DNA from: an uncultured Methanosarcinales archaeon
GTDB lineage: Archaea > Nanobdellota > Nanobdellia > Woesearchaeales > SKGA01
Direction: 5' to 3'
Assembly (NCBI GenBank): GCA_964517565.1
Contig: CAZFEG010000001.1
Span: 1-57,512 of the forward strand
Length of the DNA stretch: 57,512 nt
Program-made: the position numbers and the translations under genes
Notes under the pieces: model-generated
The model's input: the letters and a program-made list of their open reading frames with translations, nothing else
What the model was told of the DNA's origin: nothing
Databases searched by the model: none
Part shown: piece by piece, positions 28,740-37,091 of the stretch
Numbering within the stretch: the first letter of the stretch is position 1
Layout of the letters: each line of letters opens with the position of its first letter

Positions 28740-28773
28740 CACCTTTCGGGCAAATTAATTTGCCCGAAAGGTG
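28740..28773. repeat. Symmetry centre of the palindrome: cacctttcgggcaaatt|aatttgcccgaaaggtg
   Basis: Read directly from the sequence. The axis lies between 28756 and 28757, there are no unpaired loop bases, and the central 10-mer AAATTAATTT is itself palindromic. Confidence 0.97.
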
Positions 28774-28842
28774 AATCTATTCACTATTTTTTATTTAATG
28801 TTGTTAGTTAGCCAAAAATCACTATTGTAAACCTTTACATTA

Positions 28843-28851
28843 TGGTATAAT
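28843..28851 (+). promoter_or_regulatory. Extended -10 promoter element (TGgTATAAT), twin of 28662..28670
   Basis: Exact reverse-complement twin. Confidence 0.55.
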
Positions 28852-28882
28852 ATAATATCGAATAATATTAAGGGTGATTGCA

Positions 28883-29593
28883 ATGAATAAATTAACAGAA
28901 TTATTCAATGAAAAAGACAATTCTAAAATACTTGATATCGGAACGGGTAATGGAAACTTTATTACAATCATAACTCAGCTTACAGATAAGTTTTCTGAAA
29001 TAATTGGAATCGATCTTATTGAATCAGCAATTGAAGGATGCAAAATCTATTTTAAAGACGAGAGAATTAACTTCTTTCATATGGATGCTCTCAGTATGGA
29101 ATTTGAAGATGATACTTTTGATTATGTTTGCTTATCAAATTCTATTCACCATTTAGAAGATATTAAAGCTACTTTAACCGAAATGGAAAGAGTACTAAAA
29201 CCTGGAGGTGCCCTTGTTTTTTGTGAGATGGTAAATAACAATCTTGATAAACGTCAAAAAAGCCATCTATTATTACACCATTTCGCAGCTGAAATTGATA
29301 GAGATAGAGGCAATTATCACGATGAGACTCTTACTAGTAAGCAGATACTGAAATTATTAAAAGAAAAAAGTGCTTTGTCCATAAAAGATGCTTGGGATTT
29401 AAATTATCCTAAAAAAGAGACAAACTCTAAAGAAGAAATAGAATGGTTATATAAAACACTGGAACGAATTATGGAAAGCGTAAAAGAGTCGGATAATTTT
29501 GAATATTTTGAAAAAAAGGCTGAGAAAATAAAAATGTATATTGAGAAGAATGGATTTGATTCAGCTACTTCGCTGATTGTGGTTCTAAAATGA
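28883..29593 (+). CDS. Class I SAM-dependent methyltransferase (twin of 27920..28630)
   Basis: Exact reverse-complement twin with an identical protein. Confidence 0.85.
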   Translation: MNKLTELFNEKDNSKILDIGTGNGNFITIITQLTDKFSEIIGIDLIESAIEGCKIYFKDERINFFHMDALSMEFEDDTFDYVCLSNSIHHLEDIKATLTEMERVLKPGGALVFCEMVNNNLDKRQKSHLLLHHFAAEIDRDRGNYHDETLTSKQILKLLKEKSALSIKDAWDLNYPKKETNSKEEIEWLYKTLERIMESVKESDNFEYFEKKAEKIKMYIEKNGFDSATSLIVVLK

Positions 29594-30102
29594 AATTACT
29601 AAAGATATTTGATAAGAGAGACAAACTACTTGGACATCAGCCTATAATATATCGTGATAGTGTACGAGCAATAATATTAAAAAATAATAAGATACTACTT
29701 GTATATTCAGAAGAATCTAAAGAGTATAAGTTTCCTGGTGGTGGGATTAATGAACATGAAATCAGACATATTGCTTTAAGAAGAGAAGTGTTAGAAGAAG
29801 TAGGAAAAAAAGTTAATAGCGTAAATGAACCCTTAGGATATGTAGATCAAATGTATAATGATATTTATGATGATAGAAAGTATTTCTTTTTAAGATCATT
29901 TTATTATTTTTGTTCTGTGCTTGATGAAGATTTTGAACAGGATTTAGATATATATGAGCAAAATCTAAGATTTGTTCCTAGATGGGTAGAAATAGATGAA
30001 GCAATAAGAGTTAACCAAATAAAATTTGATAATGGTAGTGAATACCATTGGACTGAAAGAGAACTTTATGTCTTAAAATTACTTAAGGGGATGACACAGT
30101 GA
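29590..30102 (+). CDS. Nudix-family hydrolase (twin of 27411..27923)
   Basis: Exact reverse-complement twin with an identical protein. Confidence 0.9.
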   Translation: MKLLKIFDKRDKLLGHQPIIYRDSVRAIILKNNKILLVYSEESKEYKFPGGGINEHEIRHIALRREVLEEVGKKVNSVNEPLGYVDQMYNDIYDDRKYFFLRSFYYFCSVLDEDFEQDLDIYEQNLRFVPRWVEIDEAIRVNQIKFDNGSEYHWTERELYVLKLLKGMTQ

Positions 30103-30542
30103 GAGGTTTTAAAATAGCAAAAGGATACGAGAATCTAGATATAAAATTACCTAAAAGAAGCACTATATATAGTGCTGGATATGATATTGCAATTATTGAA
30201 GATGTTACAATTGAACCTGGAGAAATTAAACTTAGTGTTACTGGATTAAAAGCTTACATGCAAGATGATGAGGTATTAATGCTTTATCCAAGATCTAGCT
30301 TACCTAAAAACTATCATTTAACGATTCCAAACAATGTTGGGATAATAGATAAAGACTATTATGGTAATAAAGACAATGATGGTGCTATATTTGTGTCTTT
30401 ACATAATTTTGGTACGGAAACTACAACCCTTAAAAAAGGTGAAAGAGTAGCTCAAGGAATCTTTCAAAAATATTTAGTAAGCCCTGATGAAGAGGTTGTA
30501 ACTAAAGTAAGAAATGGCGGATTTGGAAGTACTGGAAAATAG
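30099..30542 (+). CDS. dut: dUTP diphosphatase (twin of 26971..27414)
   Basis: Exact reverse-complement twin with an identical protein. Confidence 0.9.
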   Translation: MRGFKIAKGYENLDIKLPKRSTIYSAGYDIAIIEDVTIEPGEIKLSVTGLKAYMQDDEVLMLYPRSSLPKNYHLTIPNNVGIIDKDYYGNKDNDGAIFVSLHNFGTETTTLKKGERVAQGIFQKYLVSPDEEVVTKVRNGGFGSTGK

Positions 30543-30555
30543 TTGTCTCTTTTCA

Positions 30556-30584
30556 TTGACAACTGCTTTATTTAGTCATAGAAT
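30556..30584 (+). promoter_or_regulatory. SigA-type promoter TTGACA-17-TAGAAT (twin of 26929..26957)
   Basis: TTGACA is at 30556..30561 and TAGAAT at 30579..30584. Confidence 0.65.
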
Positions 30585-30596
30585 TATAGAGTAGAT

Positions 30597-30850
30597 ATTA
30601 GGTGTCGTAAGACATAACAGGGAATTGAGTTAAAATCTCAAGCTGTCCCAGCAACCGTACGAAGGACGAAATGCAAAATACCACTGCTATTTAGCGGGAA
30701 GGTGCATAGTAGGACGAATTCAAGCCGGTAGACCTACCTAGCTATCTAATAAATTGTAATACTCCTGGGTCATGAGTATATCGTTATTTAACTTTGGTAT
30801 TTTTTTAGTTATTTATACGTTTAATCATCCGGGAGGATGGTTTTTTTTAT
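30597..30850 (+). promoter_or_regulatory. Cobalamin (B12) riboswitch with terminator (twin of 26663..26916)
   Basis: AGGGAA is at 30619..30624 and the B12 box AGCCGGTAGACCTACC at 30723..30738. The terminator hairpin plus T8 is at 30825..30848. Confidence 0.9.
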
Positions 30851-30876
30851 TTCATAATACTTAGAAGGAGGAACTT

Positions 30877-32241
30877 ATGAAAAAACTATTCTCTATGGCA
30901 TCTGTGTTTTTACTTGTATTAGTTTTAGCTGGATGTAATTTAAATGCAAAAGATGAAGATTTAGAAGTAAGACAACAACAAATTGATGAGTTGGAAGACG
31001 AAATATTTGCAATTATGACTTCTTCTCAAATAGAACCAGGTGAAACTAATAATCTTGAAGAAATGCAAGAAACATTAAGACGACTAATCAAAGAATTACA
31101 ACAACTTACCTTTGATAATGTTATTACAGTGAATCTCGTTTATGAGGATGACTCTGTAGGAATCAAGACTATCGGATTTAATGACGATTTTCAAGGAAGT
31201 CTATTTGATCTGTTGGATTCAAATTATGCAATCGAGTATGATGAAACAGACTATGGAATTTATTTAAAGTCTATGCATGGATTAACTCCAATGGAAGGAG
31301 CATTTATTCAACTTTCAGAGAATGGAGAACCAGCAAGTGCTGGAGTAGATTCAATTGAATTTGATGATGAAGACGTATTCTCATTTGAGGTTGTATGGTG
31401 GGACCCTGTTCAAGAAGCTGTATACAACGCTATCAATTTATTTTTAGACAACTATGCAAGTGATTATGTGAATGATGAAATAATCGATTATAATGTAATT
31501 GCAGCATTATATTTGCTAGATAACGTAAATCATTATGTTACAAATTCAGAAGTTGAATCATTAGTAGTATTGGATGATGAACCCTCTGTAAATGATTATT
31601 TTAAGGCGATTGTGAAACTAAAATGTGTTGAATATAACACATATACATTAATGGAAGAATTAAATTATATGGCAACAGTAGGTCCTTATGGACAAACTGC
31701 ATATGCATTACTAGCATTAGATAGTTATACGTATATGTTTGATTATTCAACATATTTATCTGCTGCTTTAGATGACTTATCTACAACAACTCCATATGAT
31801 CTTGGATTAGATGCAGGAGCGGTGAGTATTATGGCACTTAGCAATCACACTGATGAACCTGGTGTTCAAGATTTAGTAAATGATTTTATTTCTTGGATTA
31901 GTACTTCTCAACTTGAAAGTGGGGGATTACTAACAAGAGAGGTAGTTTGGGGAGATACGACTTATCCTGGAACGGAAAATGCATCAAGCATTGCTCAAGT
32001 AATTCTTGGATTACTTGCAAACGGGATTGATCCTACTGGACCAAATTATACAAAAACTGATGGGAACTTAATAACAAGTTTACTAAGTTTTCAAACTGAA
32101 ACTGGTTCATTTGATTGGGAAAAGAATGATGAACAAACTGAAGACTTAGCTTTTAGTACACCGCAAGCTTTCTTAGCGTTAGTAGCTTATCAAGTGTACT
32201 CAAACACATATTCAGCAGTTAATCCATATAATTTCAAATAA
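30877..32241 (+). CDS. DUF4430-like + alpha/alpha-toroid surface lipoprotein (twin of 25272..26636)
   Basis: Exact reverse-complement twin with an identical protein. Confidence 0.8.
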   Translation: MKKLFSMASVFLLVLVLAGCNLNAKDEDLEVRQQQIDELEDEIFAIMTSSQIEPGETNNLEEMQETLRRLIKELQQLTFDNVITVNLVYEDDSVGIKTIGFNDDFQGSLFDLLDSNYAIEYDETDYGIYLKSMHGLTPMEGAFIQLSENGEPASAGVDSIEFDDEDVFSFEVVWWDPVQEAVYNAINLFLDNYASDYVNDEIIDYNVIAALYLLDNVNHYVTNSEVESLVVLDDEPSVNDYFKAIVKLKCVEYNTYTLMEELNYMATVGPYGQTAYALLALDSYTYMFDYSTYLSAALDDLSTTTPYDLGLDAGAVSIMALSNHTDEPGVQDLVNDFISWISTSQLESGGLLTREVVWGDTTYPGTENASSIAQVILGLLANGIDPTGPNYTKTDGNLITSLLSFQTETGSFDWEKNDEQTEDLAFSTPQAFLALVAYQVYSNTYSAVNPYNFK

Positions 32242-32250
32242 AACAAGGAT

Positions 32251-32685
32251 GTGAGAAATTTGAAGAAACTAGTAATTACAATCATAGTTATAGCAATTAC
32301 AACGGCTAGTTTAATAATATTTTCACAACTAAATAAAAACGATACACTTGGTGAAATAACAATTATTCTTGTTGATGAAATTGGAGATACTACATTTAAT
32401 AAAACATACGGTTTCACAGAAAGTGATACTTTATTCTCAATATTAGATGGAGACTTCAATTTGATGTGTGCAGATAACTCATATAACATAAATGATAATT
32501 GTGATCCTGTGTTATTTGGAAGTAGAGTTATTATGAAAATAGACACAATAGAAACTAATTGGTCTGACAATTATATTGGAATATATGAAAACGATGTATA
32601 TTCAACAATGGGAATAGACTCGATATCATTAAATGATGGTGATGTATTTACATTTGAATTCACAGAAATAGGAGATGGTAATTAA
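32251..32685 (+). CDS. Membrane-anchored DUF4430-like protein (twin of 24828..25262)
   Basis: Exact reverse-complement twin with an identical protein. Confidence 0.7.
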   Translation: MRNLKKLVITIIVIAITTASLIIFSQLNKNDTLGEITIILVDEIGDTTFNKTYGFTESDTLFSILDGDFNLMCADNSYNINDNCDPVLFGSRVIMKIDTIETNWSDNYIGIYENDVYSTMGIDSISLNDGDVFTFEFTEIGDGN

Positions 32686-33212
32686 TGGAAACGAAAAGAT
32701 TATTAATGATTGCATTATCTGTTGCTATCCTTTTTACTCAGGAACAATTGTTAATGTTTTTACCAAATGTTCAATTAACTGTTTTATTGATTATCCTATT
32801 TGTTAGCGTGTTTTCATTTAAAGAGAGTATGATAATGATTACTTCATATGTTTTCTTAGATAGTTTATATATGGGAGGATTTAATGTTTTCTATATGGTT
32901 CCAATGATGTTGTCGTGGTATCTTATACCACTTAGCTATCATACAATATTAAGAAGAACGAAAAATGAGCTTAAACTAGCATTATTCGCAATGGTATTTG
33001 GATTTATTTATGGATGGATGTTTATTCCATTTAATATGATTCAAACAGGTATACCGAATTTTATTCCTTATTTGATTTCAGATATTCCATTTGAGTTGAT
33101 CATGGCTACAACAGGATTTTTGACAGTACTATGGATGTTTAAACCACTGTATAAAGTACTATCAGATATCGGATTAGAAACAAATAAATCAATTGTAAAT
33201 ATATATAAGTAA
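32685..33212 (+). CDS. ECF S-component-like membrane protein (twin of 24301..24828)
   Basis: Exact reverse-complement twin with an identical protein. Confidence 0.65.
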   Translation: METKRLLMIALSVAILFTQEQLLMFLPNVQLTVLLIILFVSVFSFKESMIMITSYVFLDSLYMGGFNVFYMVPMMLSWYLIPLSYHTILRRTKNELKLALFAMVFGFIYGWMFIPFNMIQTGIPNFIPYLISDIPFELIMATTGFLTVLWMFKPLYKVLSDIGLETNKSIVNIYK

Positions 33213-33277
33213 TTCTTAATGATCCATAACCTTAACAAAAATATCTATTTTCAGTATTACATTAAAAATAGGCAGTA

Positions 33278-33317
33278 AAAAAGACTATGATAAAATTTAA
33301 AACATCATAGTCTTTTT
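33278..33317. terminator. Bidirectional intrinsic terminator (twin of 24196..24235)
   Basis: Exact reverse-complement twin. Confidence 0.85.
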
Positions 33318-33400
33318 GTATGGACAAAATAAAAAATTGCACCTTTTTTTCATTGTCTCCTATGTCAAATTTTATTTTAATTAGGATATTGGTTTTCCTT

Positions 33401-33778
33401 CTATTCGTTTACTGCTACTGCATCTATTTCCACTAATACATCTAATGGTAATCTTTTTACTTCGACCGCAAATCTTGCAGGTTTATGTTCACCAAAGAAG
33501 TCGGCGTAAACTTCATTCATATCATTAAACATTCCTAAGTCTTTCAAGAATACACCACATTTGATAATGTTTTCTTTATCCAACCCTGCTGCATAAACTA
33601 TTTCAAGAACATTTCTTAAGGATTGAAGAGTTTGTGATTTTATATCATTTCCAGCTGCTTTTGATGTCTTTGGATCATAAGGTATTTGTCCTGAAACATA
33701 GAGTGTATCTTTTACCATGATACCTTGGCTATATGGACCAACGGCTTTTGGTGCATTTTCAGTATGTATAATTTTCAT
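33401..33778 (-). CDS. ridA: RidA-family deaminase (twin of 23735..24112)
   Basis: Exact reverse-complement twin with an identical protein. Confidence 0.92.
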   Translation of the reverse strand: MKIIHTENAPKAVGPYSQGIMVKDTLYVSGQIPYDPKTSKAAGNDIKSQTLQSLRNVLEIVYAAGLDKENIIKCGVFLKDLGMFNDMNEVYADFFGEHKPARFAVEVKRLPLDVLVEIDAVAVNE

Positions 33779-33794
33779 TTTTGCCTCCATTTTA

Positions 33795-35051
33795 CTATAT
33801 TAGTTTAATGATTCCATTATTTGCCGATTTAAGTATTTCATTATTTAGTTTTCCAAGATTAGTTATTGTTTGATCTACACTAATCTTGTTGATTCCTGTC
33901 CCATCATATATGGAATTGTGATCAATAACTTTCTTGCCGGCGATTGTTCCATTCATGGCAGCAAAAGCTACTTTATCAGTACATGATAATTTAGCACCAT
34001 CACATACAAAGCCCATAGAGGTAGATAAATATACATTAATGGACTCCTTTACTTCTTCACGTGTTGCATTTTTGGCATATGCTATGACTGCAGCAGCACT
34101 ACATCCGGTTGCATGACCTGTTCCACATAAAACTGTTACAACACTCATTTCTTGTTTAACATATACACTTGTCATGAATGATAAAACAATTAATTTTCTT
34201 CGAAGCAAATCACTTAATTCAAGGGCATCTGCAATAAACATTGGAGTTACCAATGTCCCGATACCAAGATTACCACTTCCAGCAACACCATAAACAGTAA
34301 ATAGGTCTCCACGCATTCTTTTTAATGCTGGTACTTCAATATGTTTCCTTAAATAATTTGAAAGATCGTAAATGCAATCTTTGCTATGTTTTTGTAAATT
34401 TTCAACTAAATAATTACCTTTTTGATTCATAATCTCTTCTCTAGCATTTTCATATTGTAGTTTGGCAATATGAAACAATTCTTCAAGCTCATCAAAACTT
34501 GCTTCTTCAACATAATCAAGGATTTCATCATAATTTTCGATTTTATATTTGTTTACATTTTCAATTAATGCATCTTTTTCAAACTCAGACAATTTAACGC
34601 CGTTTCTTTTAACACTAACAACATTGTCATATAAATCTTCAATAATAATTATCACTTCATCACCAGTGAAAGATGTAAGATGTAATTTTTCATAAAGAAC
34701 AGTATTTTCAAATTTTTGATAATTAATTTGCACATCAGTGTTAGATAGTAACTCATCTATCTTATCAATGTCATCATTTGTTACACTTTCAAATACCGAT
34801 AATTTGTTTTTTGGATTTTTAAGTAATAAACCTAATGCTAATGCTTTATCTAAGCCGCTTTTGTGTAATCCGGGAACACCAACATTAACACTGTTTTTAT
34901 ATAATTCTTCACTCATAGTAAGTTTGACACTTTTGATTTTTGAGTTACGTAAAACGTATGCTCCAATTGAAGCGATAAACCCTACTACACCAATATCAGT
35001 GCAACCCATTGTTTTTGTTAGGTTTCCTTTTAGAATTTTATATGCATTCAT
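33795..35051 (-). CDS. UPF0597/CyuA-like cysteine desulfidase family protein (twin of 22462..23718)
   Basis: Exact reverse-complement twin with an identical protein. Confidence 0.75.
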   Translation of the reverse strand: MNAYKILKGNLTKTMGCTDIGVVGFIASIGAYVLRNSKIKSVKLTMSEELYKNSVNVGVPGLHKSGLDKALALGLLLKNPKNKLSVFESVTNDDIDKIDELLSNTDVQINYQKFENTVLYEKLHLTSFTGDEVIIIIEDLYDNVVSVKRNGVKLSEFEKDALIENVNKYKIENYDEILDYVEEASFDELEELFHIAKLQYENAREEIMNQKGNYLVENLQKHSKDCIYDLSNYLRKHIEVPALKRMRGDLFTVYGVAGSGNLGIGTLVTPMFIADALELSDLLRRKLIVLSFMTSVYVKQEMSVVTVLCGTGHATGCSAAAVIAYAKNATREEVKESINVYLSTSMGFVCDGAKLSCTDKVAFAAMNGTIAGKKVIDHNSIYDGTGINKISVDQTITNLGKLNNEILKSANNGIIKLI

Positions 35052-35121
35052 TTAAATATATCCCCACCCATCTTAGTGTCTTATACCCATCCTGTTATTT
35101 TGTTAAGAGATGGGGAAATAA

Positions 35122-36099
35122 TTATAACTTAGGCTTAACCAAATTACATGCAGCAAAATGGCCTTTTTCAATTTCCAGAAGTGTTGGATGTATTTCATGA
35201 CAAGAAGGTATAACATTATAACATCTAGTGCTAAACCTACATCCACTTGGCGGATTAATTGGTGATGCAATCTCACCGTCTAAAATGATTGGATCTGTAT
35301 CTTTGACTGTACTTAGTAGTGCTTTTGTATATGGGTGTATTGGATTATTAAAGATATCATCAACTTCACCATATTCTACTATCTCCCCTAAATACATTAC
35401 TGCTACATAATTACTGATATTCCTTATAACTGCTAGGTTGTGAGAAATGAATAAATAAGTTAAATTCAATTCTTTTTGCAAATCAATTAATAAATTAAGA
35501 ATTTGAGCATGAATAGATACATCAAGTGCTGAAACTGGTTCATCACATATTAGAAATTCTGGATTTAGAGCAATAGCTCTTGCAATGGCAATTCTTTGTC
35601 TTTGTCCACCACTAAAATTGTAGATATGGCGGTCCATATCTGCTTTGTCTAATCCAACTGTTTCTAATAAGCGAATTACATGAAAATCTATCTGTGATTC
35701 ATCAATATTTTTTCTTATTTTATATGGCTCAGCAATAATATCTCTAACAGTAAATCTTGGATTCATTGAAGAATATGGATCTTGGAATATTAATTGCATT
35801 CTAGTTCTAATTTCTTTGTATTCTGATTTTGATACTTTATAAATATCTTTTCCTCTGTATTTTACAGTACCTTGTGTTGGAGAAACTAGGCCTATCATTG
35901 TATTTGCTAGGGTTGTTTTACCACAACCTGATTCTCCAACGATTGCAACACAGTTCCCTTTTTCAATTTTGAGTGAGACGTTTTTGACTGCACTCACATA
36001 TTCTCTTTTTCTTTTTAATATGCTTTTGGCAACTGGGAAATCTACATCTAAGTTTTCTATTTCAAGTATGACTTCTTTTTTAGTATCATCATATGTCAT
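35122..36099 (-). CDS. OppF-like ABC ATPase (twin of 21414..22391)
   Basis: Exact reverse-complement twin with an identical protein. Confidence 0.92.
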   Translation of the reverse strand: MTYDDTKKEVILEIENLDVDFPVAKSILKRKREYVSAVKNVSLKIEKGNCVAIVGESGCGKTTLANTMIGLVSPTQGTVKYRGKDIYKVSKSEYKEIRTRMQLIFQDPYSSMNPRFTVRDIIAEPYKIRKNIDESQIDFHVIRLLETVGLDKADMDRHIYNFSGGQRQRIAIARAIALNPEFLICDEPVSALDVSIHAQILNLLIDLQKELNLTYLFISHNLAVIRNISNYVAVMYLGEIVEYGEVDDIFNNPIHPYTKALLSTVKDTDPIILDGEIASPINPPSGCRFSTRCYNVIPSCHEIHPTLLEIEKGHFAACNLVKPKL

Positions 36100-37091
36100 T
36101 TATCTCCACCTACTTTATTCTTTAATGGATTCCAACATCTAACACGTTGTCCCCCGCCTAAATCAACTAGCGGCGACATACAATTCTTACATATAGTTAC
36201 ATCTGTATTTGAACATCTAGGTCTAAAATAACAACCATCAGGTTTATGCAGTGGATGAGGAACATTGTCAGGAATTTGTGTGAATTCTTGTTTTTCTGTC
36301 CCTATTTTTGGCATTGAATTTATGAGACCTAGTGTATATGGGTGTTTTGGATTCCTAAATACATCTTTTGTTGGACCTTCTTCAACGATTTTCCCACAAT
36401 ACATGACATATACTCTATCCGCGACTCTTCTTACAACAGACAAATCATGAGTAATTAATACTAATGCCATATCGTTTTTCTTTTGTAAGTCTTTAAGTAG
36501 TTGAAGAATTTGAGCTTCAATTGTTACATCAAGAGCAGTGGTAGGTTCATCAGCAATCATCAATTTAGGATCACTTGCGAAAGACATCCCAATTAGTGCT
36601 CTTTGACGCATTCCACCAGATAATTGGTGGGGATAATCATTGTATCTTTTTTCTGGACTTGGAACACCAACTAAACGTAAAATTTCAATTGATGCAATTT
36701 TAGCTTCGCTTTTTGAATATCCAAGTTTTTTAATATAGATTTCATCTATCTGTTTTCCAACTTTTATAACCGGATTTAATGCACTTAAAGCATCTTGAAA
36801 TATCATTGTCATTTTAGTTCCAAGGATATTTTTCATTTGTTTATCTGAATAATTACGTATGTCTACTCCATCAAATTCATGGACCTTTGTATCAACAATT
36901 GCAGGTGGCGTTTGAAGTAATCTCATAAATGCAAGTGATGAAACACTTTTACCGCATCCACTTTCACCTACGATTGCTACACATTCTCCCTTATAAACAT
37001 CAAAATCAATACCTTCAACCGCTTTTACAATTCCTCTTTCAGTTGGAAATATAACTTTTAAAGATCTTATTTTTAGTATTTTATCAGTCAT
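36096..37091 (-). CDS. OppD-like ABC ATPase (twin of 20422..21417)
   Basis: Exact reverse-complement twin with an identical protein. Confidence 0.92.
   Translation of the reverse strand: MTDKILKIRSLKVIFPTERGIVKAVEGIDFDVYKGECVAIVGESGCGKSVSSLAFMRLLQTPPAIVDTKVHEFDGVDIRNYSDKQMKNILGTKMTMIFQDALSALNPVIKVGKQIDEIYIKKLGYSKSEAKIASIEILRLVGVPSPEKRYNDYPHQLSGGMRQRALIGMSFASDPKLMIADEPTTALDVTIEAQILQLLKDLQKKNDMALVLITHDLSVVRRVADRVYVMYCGKIVEEGPTKDVFRNPKHPYTLGLINSMPKIGTEKQEFTQIPDNVPHPLHKPDGCYFRPRCSNTDVTICKNCMSPLVDLGGGQRVRCWNPLKNKVGGDK

Larger units (their letters stand above)
1..28756. repeat. Left arm of a window-spanning perfect inverted repeat (reverse complement of 28757..57512)
   Basis: Every ORF in the track recurs with an identical protein at coordinate 57513-x on the opposite strand. 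The window ends (tttcatcaactgctcc... / ...ggagcagttgatgaaa), the centre (caaatt|aatttg) and several intergenic stretches checked by eye are exact reverse complements. Confidence 0.97.

Noticed and set aside
28740-28773. The centre could be a hairpin-telomere or telomere-resolvase target of a linear replicon.
   Set aside because: This is provisionally rejected but not excluded. No protelomerase/ResT-like gene is in the window. The arm carries ordinary chromosomal housekeeping and transport genes, and the motif bears no resemblance to the telomere dyads I remember from N15 or Borrelia. It is kept as the minority hypothesis in the findings.
30541-30564. A small hairpin (agttgtc-N10-gacaact) right after dut might be its terminator.
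   Set aside because: The stem is only 7 bp with a 10-nt loop and no clean T tract. Its right arm is the -35 box of the riboswitch promoter. It is too weak to call as a terminator, and read-through into the riboswitch operon cannot be excluded.
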